From contig JALMLS010000232.1 of NCBI GenBank assembly GCA_038496445.1, forward strand, positions 124,001-188,000: a stretch of DNA of 64,000 bases. Direction: 5' to 3'. This DNA comes from Trichosphaerium sp. ATCC 40318 (lineage: Eukaryota > Protista > Tubulinea). A program made the position numbers and the translations under genes. Numbering within the stretch: the first letter of the stretch is position 1; every line of letters begins with the position of its first letter. Shown here in pieces: positions 23,253 through 35,623 of the stretch. The notes beneath the pieces were generated by a model that was not told where the DNA came from, made no database searches, and was given only the letters and a program-made list of their open reading frames with translations.

Positions 23253-25706
23253 ATGCTACCAATATGGGCTTTTAGTGTAATGTTATTTTTGGGTTGTAAC
23301 GTACTCGCACAAACAAACCAAAGTAAGCGTCTCGTAAAACAATTTTAATTTAACTTATTTAGCCGTTGAGGCTTCGCTTGAACATGCTTGTACAAACGAT
23401 TTGGGTTGTTACATGGGACTACAAGATGTGGTTATAATTGTAACGCGAATAAATTTAGTGGTGAAAAATAGAGTAGAACTACGAGCAGACAAAGAACTGA
23501 TAGCAAGTGTGTTTTTAGACGATATATTTTTACACGTCCATTTTCATCCCTTTTCATAGTTTTTAGATACGACGTGTACTGATTTAGAGTTACCAAGTAT
23601 CACGTGCGATGGGTTACCTATATTACTCGTTGGTAACGGACATGACCTGACAATCAGAGGTCTCAATATTAAATGTCCGACACAGGTTATAGCTGTCGAA
23701 AAGCTTAAACTAGAGCAAGTATTTTGTTTTGTCAAAATATTGAAAGTCTGACACTTCTTGTTCAGGTCGTGTATCTTCAATTCGATCAATACTGACACAT
23801 TTTTACCTTTACCGCTTCTCAATTTGGCTGCGTACATAGTCTGACGCTTTTAAAACGCTTACATAGTTTAGTACCGAAGTAATAATTGCAAAAACAGTTT
23901 TTATTGGAAACACAATTGCGGGAGACCTACTTCGATTCGAGAACAGCAATGAAGCTGCTACTGTTACCAATTGTAAATTCGAAAACAACACAATTACACA
24001 CAGTACTATGGACTGTGTACCTATTAGCGTAATCCGCAAACGATACGGAACAGTACGTACAATCACGTGATATTTTTTAACCAAATTGACTTTAGCTTGC
24101 TATCAATGGCTCCCTTTTTCAGAATAATGCTGTCTATTCAAATGGCTGTACGTAGGATGTGACATTGTCAGCTAATACTTGAAAGGCCCTCCGATTGGAC
24201 TTATCAATGCCTTTGATGTAGATTCTGGGATAATTGATAGCACCGCTTTTGTGGCAAATACAATTCACTCTACTTACCCTGGTACACTTTTGTGAACGAG
24301 AAGAAGTTGGATTGAAGGTAATAAATGAATAGGATGCGCAGTCAATATCATGGCTTATAATGAAGCAAGAATACAATCATCTGTTTTTTCGAAGAACATC
24401 TGTGGTTCAAGGTACGTTCATAACCGTTTTGTTGCCTTATACTAACATCTGTAGCATCTTTTCTCTGAGGTACATCAAACAATTTGTTATCTTTCACTAA
24501 CGTTGGTACTGGCAGTGCGCAAGATGCCAATATTGAGTACGTAGCATAGAGTAATTTATTTTCTTCTTACTTTGTTTCATAGAAACGTCTACATGGAAGG
24601 TATGTGCTGATGATGCTACTTATCTAAACATATATGTAGATGGTTCAATTCACTGCAACTCCGGTGATATACCTTTTCCAGATGGTGCGTTTCTTCCAAT
24701 ATTATAAGTACCGTTCACATTATATACAGCTACCCTCATTATCAAATTTAATTGTGCTATTGGACCATTTCCAATTCCTCTTTGTAGTGTATCAGAGGCC
24801 ACATGTTGTAATAGTACGTTATTCAACATCTTATTTATTATAAAAAATCAAAGTAGCTACTTTTGCGTTTGAGAACTATTTTTATGACCACCCGTGTGGT
24901 GGAGCGATGACAACAATCAAAGAATCAGATGAGGTAAATGGTATGTCTTTAATTCCGAACATGCAAGCGTTAACCACAAATAAGATTGTACCACAACACC
25001 ATTGGGCCCTGTACCAATTGTCGGAGGTCCTACTGAAGTACCACCTGTAGATGTACATCCATCTACAGAAGAATGTATCTTTTGTGAATCTATTTGTAGT
25101 ATCATAGCCAATTGTAGTTCAGACATAGTTATCGTGGGCGATGTTGTGATTGATAGAGATACCAACATCGATGGAGATTTCACAAATAACGGGAAAGTAA
25201 CTCTTGTGTTGAGAGACAACACAAAGATAAAAGTCGCTGGTAATTAAATTTATCTCTTTTCATTGCCAGATCCACTGACTAGTTGTAAAAAAAGGATGTA
25301 TTGTTCTTGGTAACTTCACTGTTGATGTATCAAATATTGATACGTCATCATCCGATCGTATTCCTATCATTGAAAGTACATGTGTTAATGGAACAGTGGT
25401 TGTCGTTGGGGCTGATGAGTGTACATCAACTTCTCAAGAACATGATGGAAACAGGTAAGTCTATCAGTTAAGTACTCAAACTGAGAACGTGTTTATTTAG
25501 ATTCCACTTGATATTTAACACTGATACATGTGGTTCTTCTAATTTGGGAATAATTCTCGGTGTTGTTCTTGGACTTGTTTTCATAGTAAGTATCATAAAT
25601 CGAATTTATTCTTATTTACATTTAGATTGCAGTCGCGGGTTTAGTTATTGTCTTGTTGGTTCCTTCTTTACGAGAGGAGGTACTACCTTATGCAAAAAAT
25701 AGATAA
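23253..25706 (+). CDS. Type I surface glycoprotein, tandem array copy 1 (subfamily A)
   Basis: Signal peptide MLPIWAFSVMLFLGCNVLA, beta-helix-like xNCKFENNT/FVANT turns, a Pro-rich stalk, a Cys-rich CIFCESICSIIANCSS domain, TM segment LGIILGVVLGLVFI.., and tail VPSLREEVLPY. Confidence 0.8.
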
Positions 25707-26303
25707 ACAAGCACAAGAGAATTCACGGTAATGATGCAGCAGCTGTGAAACCAACATAAAATAATATCAATAAATCGAAACATAGAAGAACATTCATTTC
25801 TGACTGCTTTATTTATAATTAGAAATTTTGCGACTTTTGTCACCTTTGTTTTGTTGACAGATAATACTAAGTTAAGTACCATTGCAAACTGTAATCTGGT
25901 ACTTGAAAACAAGTTCTAACATGCAATTGTCAGCGATACACCAATGCAATAGTGCCGTGAGTACATGGTATGAGCAATTACCAGCAGTGACTAACTAGTT
26001 CACAGTGTCTAAAGGAATCGTTGTTAGTACTTACGTCGACATGTTTATCATTGAATATGTGGATTGGTAATAAATAATTTTGTAAGTAAATGATATGTAC
26101 CTACAGTATCAACCAAATCTATTTTTTAGGATATGGCGGTTAGTGAGGTTGAGCATTACACATGCTGTTAAAAAATGAAAGAAAAAAAAGCAGAAACAAG
26201 CACGTGACGATCAAAAGTACACACAAAGAACAGTACTTGAACATGGCAATAAGAACGTATCAGTTAATCTAAGCTTGCCAAGCCACTTCTTTGAATAAAC
26301 AGT

Positions 26304-27590
26304 TTACTTTTTAATCTCATCATCAACATACATGAGATCTTGGGCAAGTCTTCCATTGCTGTGCCATTCTTTGTACACACCATTTTTTTTACCTTCCAGG
26401 TAATTGCATTGAACTCTTAATTGTCCGTTTATATACCATTCTCTATACTTTCCATTCTCTTCATCATTATTGTATGAGATATTAACACTAAGTTGTCCAT
26501 TATTGTGCCATCTTTTCAATTCTCCGTGATGTTTACCTTCAACAAACCAACACTGACAACCAAGTTGTCCATCATCATACCACTCACTATACTTTCCATT
26601 TTGTTTATCATTTATGAATGAGGTATGAACATGAAGTTGTCCATTTTGGTACCACCTTTTCAATTCTCCATGTCTTTTACCATCGATGTAAGTGTACTTG
26701 AATTTTAATTGCCCATCATCATACCATTCACAAAACTTTCCATTCTCCTTATCATTAACATATGAGATACGAAGACAAAGTTGTCCATTCTTGTGCCACA
26801 ATTTATACTCACCACAGATCTTGTCATTAATGCAATTGTGCTGGTATTTTAATTGTCCATTATTATACCACTCTTTATTCTCGCCATTCTTCTTGTCATC
26901 AACATACCAAGTTTGCTTCTCAAGTTGCCCATTGTTAAACCACTGCCTCAATTCACCGTTCTTCTTATCGTCAACAAACATTTTTTGTACCTCAAGTTGT
27001 CCATTATCATGCCACTTTTTAAACTCACCATTTAGTTTACCATTAATAAACCAATGGTGACGGTTAATCTGGCCATTAATATACCATGCCTTATACTCAC
27101 CTTCAATTCTACCATCAACATTCCATAGATGAATCTTCAGTTGTCCGTTTTCATACCACACTTTTAACTCGCCATCATTGTTGCCATTAGCAACCCAAGT
27201 TTGCATTTCAAGTTGTCCATTATCATACCACTCTTTGTATTCACCATTAATTATATCATCAACACACCAACTTTGCAGCATAAGCTGTCCATTTTCATGC
27301 CACCATCTACACTCACCATTTTTCTTACCACCAACAAAATTGTATTTTTTCTTTAACTGCCCACTGCCAGTATACCACTCCATCCAAATACCATGTTTCT
27401 CAAGTTTTGTATTGTAGAGTGTGTTGATTGCAGCACGTTTTGATAGTTTATGGAATTTGAAGAATACTTCCTCATCAAATGTGCATAGATAGCGTTGAAT
27501 CTCGCAAGGGATATCCAACAAATAAGTATATCCAGAACTCTGAGAAGAGCGTGATCCAGGCTTTGATGGTATCAGCGCTTGTTCCAGCAT
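26304..27590 (-). CDS. Intronless MORN-variant (YwqK-like) repeat protein with F-box-like N-terminus
   Basis: LLDIPCEIQRYLCTF is followed by 15 24-aa G(E/K)xxxW(Y/H)xNGQL units in a single open frame. Confidence 0.88.
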   Translation of the reverse strand: MLEQALIPSKPGSRSSQSSGYTYLLDIPCEIQRYLCTFDEEVFFKFHKLSKRAAINTLYNTKLEKHGIWMEWYTGSGQLKKKYNFVGGKKNGECRWWHENGQLMLQSWCVDDIINGEYKEWYDNGQLEMQTWVANGNNDGELKVWYENGQLKIHLWNVDGRIEGEYKAWYINGQINRHHWFINGKLNGEFKKWHDNGQLEVQKMFVDDKKNGELRQWFNNGQLEKQTWYVDDKKNGENKEWYNNGQLKYQHNCINDKICGEYKLWHKNGQLCLRISYVNDKENGKFCEWYDDGQLKFKYTYIDGKRHGELKRWYQNGQLHVHTSFINDKQNGKYSEWYDDGQLGCQCWFVEGKHHGELKRWHNNGQLSVNISYNNDEENGKYREWYINGQLRVQCNYLEGKKNGVYKEWHSNGRLAQDLMYVDDEIKK

Positions 27591-28570
27591 ATCTATCAAA
27601 ACTCATTACCTTTCGAAATTGAACATAAAAAACAAAAATGAGCCTCAAAATGACACGATCAAATAAAATTCAAAGAAATGAGCCATGGACGCCTCGTTGG
27701 ACGAACGGGTGTTAAATAACAAAAAATCTCAGGATATTGTTGCTTGTTCAATTGAACACGTGGATACTGCTGGGATCGACGGAAGATACAATAATTTAAA
27801 TCTGTGTCAAAAAAACTTCAAACAACTTTTAAAAACCAACCAACCACTAAATTATGACGTACCTTGCGCAAATTAAGATTAACAATGTTAACAGCGGTTG
27901 ATAAATGAAGAGTGGCCAAAGAAAATTGGAAAAGTTCAGTCACCCGGAGCAGGTTTAAGTCCTCTGACAATTAAGTATTGCAGTTACATTTGATTTTATT
28001 TTTTCTACTACTTTACACTACCGACGCAAGCGCAAGTATTATCATAAGGGATAAAGCCTTCAAGCCTTGTTGTGGCAATTATTCAAGTTGTTTCCGCAAA
28101 GTCAATTTTTCAGAGTCATAAAACACTCTACAAACCACGCACTGCGCACAGGACTGCTTTATATTAAATTTTCTTTAAAAAAAGATTACAATTCGTGTCA
28201 AAGCACAGTACTACATATGTACGCAAGAGATTGAAGCCTACAAAGACTTGACGCTAGTTTCTGAAAAACTTTAAGCAAAACGTTTGTCACGTGATCCTTA
28301 TAGTACCGTTACGCCTGAATTCTGTTATTCAGCGTTAATAAACCGAGTGAGTTGGCTTTTATTTATCAATAACCGCACCTGATCTGAAACGCATTAAACA
28401 AGTGAAAAAACGGATTAGTTTGCTGTAGTATTGTGGTTGCTTCTCAAGGCGTGGATTCTATTAAATCCCTTACCTTTTTTTGTGACGTTCCATAAAAACA
28501 TGTGAACAAACAGCTACTTCATACTACAATTGACTTTGTGTTTTTGTATTTTGGAAAACAGGAGCCAGAA

Positions 28571-31126
28571 ATGCTACCAATATGGGCTTTTAGTGTAATG
28601 TTATTTTTGGGTTGTAACGTACTCGCACAAACAAACCGAAGTACGCGCCTTGTACACCAAATTTAATTTAACTTTATTTAGCTGTTGAGACTTCGCTTGA
28701 ACATGCTTGTACAAACGATTTGGCTTGTTACATGAGACTACAAGAGCCAGTCATAATTGTAACACGAATAAATTTAGTGGTGAAAAATACATTAACACTA
28801 CAAGGAGACAAAGAACTGATAGCAAGTGCGTTTTATGGATACATTCCATTTCATCCCTTTTCATAGTTTTTAGATACGACGTGTACTGATTTAGAGTTAC
28901 CAAGTATCACGTGCGATGGGGTTACTACAATAATAATCATTGGGGACAAGCATGACCTGACAATCAGAGGTCTCGATATTAAATGTCCGATACAGGTAGA
29001 TGTCGAAAAGCTTAAACTAGAGTAAGTCTTTTTTTATAGTGCTAAGAAAAACCAAGTGGAAGTGTTGTTAACGTCAAGGAAAAAAGGACTTAAACCATTC
29101 GTACTGTTTAAGCCGCTTCCGTCCTACAACGATACTAGTCCTATTGTAGATGAATGTTGCAAAGTCTGACACTTCTTGTTCAGGTCGTGTATCTTTAATT
29201 CAATCAACACTTCACCATTTATGACTCTACCGCTTCTCAAGCTTGATGCGTACATTTACATGTTAGCTCTTTAAAATGCTTATTTAGTTTAGTACCGAAG
29301 TTATATTAGACAAAGTACTTTTTATCGGGAACACAATATTCGGAGATCTTGTTCGATTAGAGAACAGCAATGAAGCTGCTACTGTTACCAACTGTAAATT
29401 CGAAAACAACACCATCACTCACAGTACTATGAACTGTGAGCGTATTAGCATAATCCGCAAATTTTATGGAATAGTACGTTACAATCACGTGATGTTGTTT
29501 AACCAATTGCATTTAGCTTGACATAGACGGGTCACTTTTTCAAAATAATGTTGTTGATGCAAATGACTGTATGCATACAGCATGTATAATTGTCTACTTA
29601 TTTCGAAACAAGGCTCCTTAGATCGAATTATTAATGCTTTTGATATTGATTCCATGACTATTAATAGCACAGCTTTTGTGGCAAATACAATTTACTCTAC
29701 TATTTCCCCTGGTAATTTTGTGACAAGACCCTAGATCGAAAGTAATAAACGGATAGGACCTTGTGTAATCAATGTCGACATTAATTTAGAAGCGAGAATA
29801 CTGTCATCTATTTTTGCGAACAATGACTGTGCTGGTTCAAGGTACGTTCATAATCGTTGTTTGTTACTAACATCTTTAGCACGTTTTCTCTGAGGTACAT
29901 CAAACCATTCTTTATCTATCACTACTAACGTTGGTACTGCCAGTGCGCAAGATGCCAATATTGAGTACGTTAATATAATAATGTACTACTTGCCTTACTT
30001 TGTTTCATAGAAACGTGTACATGGGTGGTATGTGTTGATTGATGACTTTACCTAAAATTATGTATTTAGGTGGTACATTTCAATGCAACAGTAATACTGG
30101 ATTGGCAACACAGGGTAAGCAAATTACAATATGTACCACGGCATATTCACAGTTGATATAGCTACATTTATTACCAAATTTAATTGTGATGGACCGATTC
30201 CTCCTTGTAATATAGGCGACATATGTTGTAATGGTACGGAATTTGATTATCTGCCACACTTTACAAACCAACTAGCTACTTTTGTGTTTGAGAACTATTT
30301 TTATGACCACCCCTGTGGTGGAGCGATGACCACGATTAAAGAACCAGATGAGGTCGATGGTATGTTTTTAATTCTAAATATGCAAGCGTTAACCACAAAT
30401 AAGGCTGTAACACAACACCATTGAGCCTTGTACCAATTGCCGAAGGTCCTACTGAAGTTCCACCTGTAGATGAAATACATCCATCTACAAAAGAATGTAT
30501 CTTTTGTGAATCTATTTGTAGTATCGTAGCCAATTGTAGTTCAGACATAGTTATCGTGGATGATGTTGTGATTGATAGGGAGATCATTATCGATGGAGAT
30601 TTCACAAATAACGGGAAAGTGACTCTTGTTTTGATAGACAACATAAAGGTCAAAGTCGCTGGTAATTAAATCTATCTCTTTTCATTGCCAGGTCCACTGA
30701 CTAGTTGTAAAAAGGATGTATTGTTCTTGGTAACTTCACTGTTGATGTATCAAATATTGATACGTCATCATCTGATCGTATCCCTATTATTGAAAGTACA
30801 TGTGTCAATGGAACAGTGGTTGTCGTTGGCGCTGATGAGTGTACATCAACTTCTCAAGAACATGATGGAAACAGGTAAGTCTAGCAGTTAAGTACTAAAA
30901 CTGAGAACGTGTTTATTTAGATACCACTTGATCTTTAACACTGATACATGTGGTTCTTCTAATATGGGAATAATTCTCGGTGTTGTTCTTGGACTTGCTT
31001 TCATAGTAAGTATCATAAATCGAATTTATTCTCAAGTACATTTAGATTGTAGTTGCTGCTTTAGTTATTGTCTTGTTGGTTCCTTCTTTACGAGAGAAGG
31101 TACTACCTTATTCAAGAAATAGATAA
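28571..31126 (+). CDS. Type I surface glycoprotein, tandem array copy 2 (subfamily A)
   Basis: It has the same exon/intron architecture as copies 1 and 3 and high nucleotide similarity to them. Confidence 0.8.
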
Positions 31127-31609
31127 ACAAGCACAAGAGTATTCACGGTAATGATGCCAACTGTGAAACCAAAATAAAATACATCTCAATAAATAGAATT
31201 CATTTATGACTGCTTTATTCATTATTAGAAAACTCACCTTGTTTTTTTGACAGATAATACTAAGTACAGAAGCAAACTACAATCTGGTACTTGAAAACAA
31301 GTTTCTAAACATGCAATCATCAGCGATACACCAATGTAACAGTGCTGTGAGTACATGGTATGAGCAATTACCAGCAGTGACTAACTAGTTCACAGTGTCT
31401 AAAGGAATCGTTGCTAGTACTTACTACTCGTCCACATGTTTATCAATTGCTAAATAATATATTTAAGTAAATGTACTTGTAGTATCAACCAAATCTTTTT
31501 TTAAGAAAATGGTGTTTAGTGAGGTTGACGCATGCCAGAAACAAGCACGTGATACTTTGGAGATCAAAAGTACTCACACAAAGAACAGTACTTGGACATG
31601 GAAATATAA

Positions 31610-31918
31610 AGAGATGTTGTGATTATCTAGATATCTAGATATCTAGTTTTGAGAAAAAAAAAAAAAGTAGATATCTAGATATCTAGATATTTTCGCGGGT
31701 AAAAAAAATATCTAGATATCTAGATATCTGGTTTTTAGTATGTCTTAAAATGGTGTGCTCTACGATACCCTGAAATATATCTAGTTTTTATTGACCCCTA
31801 AAAACTAGATATCTAGATATTTTTTTTACCCGCGAAAATATCTAGATATCTAGATATCTACTTTTTTTTTTTTTCTCAAAACTAGATATCTAGATATCTA
31901 GATAATCACAACATCTCT
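31610..31918. mobile_element. 309-bp MITE/foldback element with perfect 114-bp terminal inverted repeats and apparent TAA target-site duplication
   Basis: 31610-31723 is the exact reverse complement of 31805-31918, including the A13 and A8 tracts. TAA lies at 31607-31609 and 31919-31921. The element is absent from the paralogous flank near 26240-26262. Confidence 0.9.
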
Positions 31919-31979
31919 TAAGAATGTATCGGTCAATGTAAGATTGAAGGAATAGCCCAACATTCATGCTAGTGCTTCT

Positions 31980-32090
31980 TTTTAATCTCATCATCAACGT
32001 ACATAGATCTTGAACAAGTTTCCCATTGCTGTGCTCGAAAAGTTAACTTCGCGAAAGTATAAAGAATGGTATATAATGGGAAATTACACG
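31980..32090 (-). pseudogene. Relic of the MORN-repeat gene (3' end only, plus an inverted fragment)
   Basis: 31980-32033 matches 26309-26363. 32053-32090 is a MORN unit in the opposite orientation. Homology then resumes with the spacer near 28105. Confidence 0.75.
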
Positions 32091-32346
32091 GACAAATTTT
32101 TCAGAGTCATAAAACAATCGACAAACCTCTTTGCTCACAGGACTGCTTTACATGAAATTTTCTTCGAAAAACATGATCAGTCAAAGCACAGCACTACATA
32201 TGTACGCAAGAGGTTCAGCCTACAAAGACTTGACGCTAGTTTCTGAAAAACTTCAAGCACGTGATGCTTATAATACCGTTAGAGTCCTGAACTCTGGGCC
32301 TGTTATTCAGCGTTAGTAAAGCGATTGAGTTGGCTTTTACTAAACA

Positions 32347-32609
32347 GAGTTTCTTAATTTTGGCATCGAACAAAATCTAATTTAACCTATCCCACGCTAA
32401 TCACGTGGAGTGTAAAGCTACATCCGTGATACTCAACAGCCAATAGAACCAGAATTGACAGCCTACAGGTTTACTTTAGCTAACCTTTTCATGCTGTGAG
32501 GTGAGAGTTTTATGGCTGACAAACGCAGTGTAAATTACTCAATAGTGTGACGTATACGGTCATTAATATCGCCATAATGGGAACTGTTCTCGTACAAATT
32601 AAGAAGCTC
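32347..32609. mobile_element. Putative older MITE with imperfect TIRs
   Basis: This segment is absent from the paralogous spacer (~28360-28372). Its ends are GAGTTTCTTAATTT... and ...AAATTAAGAAGCTC, a 13/14 inverted match. No clear TSD is visible. Confidence 0.5.
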
Positions 32610-32891
32610 ACGGAAGCAATCGTACCTGATGTAACGCATTAAACAAGTGAAAAAAAGGAAGAGTAGTTTGCTGTCTAGTATTGTGCTTGCTTCTCAAGAC
32701 GTGGAGTCTATTGGATCCCAAATTTTTTTTGTGATACGACTCTTCCATGCACCACTTTAAAATCTACTAAGCTAGCTTTTTTTGGTTCTCACCCTTCCCT
32801 AAAAACTTGTGAACAAACAGCTACTTCATACTACAATTGACTTTGTGTTTTTGTATTTCGTACCAAAGTCATGGCGCAAAGAGAACTGAAC

Positions 32892-35308
32892 ATGTTACCA
32901 ATATGGGCTTTTACCGTATTGTTATGGTTGGGTTGTAGCGTACTCGCACAAACAAACCGAAGTACGCGTCTTGTACACCAAATTTAATTTAACTTTATTT
33001 AGCTGTTGAGGCTTCGCTTGAACATGCTTGTACAAACGATTTGGCTTGTTACATGAGACTACTAGATACGGTTACAATTGTAACACGAATAAATTTAGTG
33101 GTGAAAAATACAATAACGCTACAAAGAGACAAAGAACTGATAGCAAGTGTGTTTTATGGAGACACATTCCACCCCTTTTCATAGTTTTTAGATACGACAT
33201 GTACTGATTTAAAGCTACCAAGTATCACGTGCGATGGGGTTCCTACAATAACAATCATTGGAAACAAGCATGACCTGGCAATCAGAGGTCTCGATATTAA
33301 ATGTCCAATACAGGTTGTAGTCGAAAAGCTTAAACTAGAGTAAGTCGTTTTTTCTTAACTTTCGAAAGTTGAAAACGTTGACAGTTGGTTTTAAAGGTCG
33401 TGTATCTTCAATTCAATCAACACTTCACCACATGTGACTCTACCACTTCTCAAGCTTGATGCGTACATTTACATGTTAGCTTTAAAACGCTTATTTAGTT
33501 TAGTACCGAAGTTATATTAGACAAAGTACTTTTTATCGGGAACACAATATTCGGAGATCTAGTTCGATTAGAGAACAGCAATGATGCAACTGTTACCAAC
33601 TGTAAATTCGAAAACAACACTATTGCACACAATAATACGAATTGTGTGCCTATTAGCGTTATCCAGCAACAATACGGAACAGTACGTTACAATCACGTGA
33701 TGTTATTTAACCAAATTGCATTTAGCTTGACATAGATGGGTCACTTTTTCAAAATAATGTTGTTGATGCAAACGGCTGTATGCAGCATGTACAATTGTCT
33801 ACTTATTTCGAATAGGCTCCTCTGATCGAATTATCAATGCTTTTGATGTTGATACCATGACTATTGATAGCACAGCTTTTGTGGCAAATACAATTCACTC
33901 TACTATTTCTTCCGGTAAATTTTATGACAAGAACTTTGATCAAAGAGTAATGAATGGATAGGGCCATGCATAATCAAAGTTGAGAGTAGCAACCAAGCTA
34001 GAATACAATCGTCTTTTTTTTCGAAAAACTACTGTGCTGGTTCAACGTACATTCATGATCGTTGTTTGTTACTAACATCTTTAGCACGTTTTCTCTGAGG
34101 TACATCAAACCATTACTCGTCTTTTATTACTAACATTGGTACTGGAACAGTGCACCATTTTCCAATATAGAGTAAGTAACATTTATTAATAAATTGTTTC
34201 CTTACTTTGTTTCATAGAAACGTCTACAACGGTATGTGTTGACTATGTACTTGCCTAAATTATATTTAGATGGTTCATATCTTTGCAACGATGGCAGTGC
34301 ATTGCCAACACAGGGTAAGCTAATTACAATATGAACCGCGGCATATTCACAGTTGATATAGCTACATTTATTACCAAATTTAATTGTGATGGACCTATTC
34401 CTCCTTGTAATACAGGCGACATATGTTGTAATGGTACGGAATTTGACTATCTACCACACTTTACAAAACCAACTAGCTACTTTTGTGTTTGAGAACTATT
34501 TTTACGACCACCCCTGTGGTGGAGCGATGACCACAATCAAAGAATCAGATGAGGCCGATGGTATGTCTTTAATTCTAAACATGCAAGCGTTAACCACAAA
34601 CAAGATTGTACCACAACACCATTGAGCCCTGTACCAGAAGTACCACCTGTAGATGAAATACATCCATCTACAAAAGAATGTATCTTTTGTGAATCTATTT
34701 GTAGTATCATAGCCAATTGTAGTTCAGACATAGTTATCGTGGGCGATGTTGTGATTGATAGGGAGGTCACTATCGATGGAGATTTTACAAACAACGGGAA
34801 AGTAACTCTTGTTTTGATAGACAACATAAAGGTCAAAGTAGCCGGTAATTAAATCTCTTTTCATTGCCAAGTACACTGACTAGTTGTAAAAAGGATGTAT
34901 TGTTCTTGGTAACTTCACTGTTGATGTATCAAATATTGATACGTCATCATCTGATCGTATCCCTATTATTGAAAGTACATGTGTTAATGGAACAGTCATT
35001 GTCGTTGGGGCTGATGAGTGTACATCAACTTCTCAAGAACATGATGGAAACAGGTAAGTCTATCAGTTCAGTACTCAAACTGAGAACGTCTTTATTTAGA
35101 TACCACTTGATCTTTAACACTGATACATGTGGTTCTTCTAATATGGGAATAATTCTCGGTGTTGTTCTTGGACTTGCTTTCATAGTAAGTATCATAAATC
35201 AACTTTATTCTCAAGTACATTTAGATTGTAGTTGCGGCTTTAGTTATTATCTTGTTGGTTCCTTCTTTACGAGAGAAGGTATTACCTTATGCAAAAAGAA
35301 ATAGATAA
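32892..35308 (+). CDS. Type I surface glycoprotein, tandem array copy 3 (subfamily A)
   Basis: Paralog of copies 1 and 2, with signal peptide MLPIWAFTVLLWLGCSVLA and tail VPSLREKVLPY. Confidence 0.8.
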
Positions 35309-35623
35309 ACAAGCACAAGTATTCACGGTAATGATGCAGTTGTGAAACCAAAATAAACATTTCTCAAAACATTCATTTGTGACTGCCGTATTCACGAAAT
35401 AGGTGCAAAAACTCACGGTTATGAAACTAAATAAATACTGCTTTCAACTATGGTTTAATCCCTCAAATCACTTTTGAAATATCTTTTTGGCGTTTTGACT
35501 AGATCACGTGTGCAGAGATCATTTATTAAACAACACCCCAAGAAAACAAGTACAATCTGCGAAGCTATTAAGTAAGACCATCATTGACTTATATAGTCCA
35601 AATTTCAGCAAAACACGTGAAAG

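Noticed and set aside
22145-27417. Antisense ORFs over the LRR and MORN genes (also 8819-9103)
   Set aside because: They are shadows of periodic coding repeats on the opposite strand.
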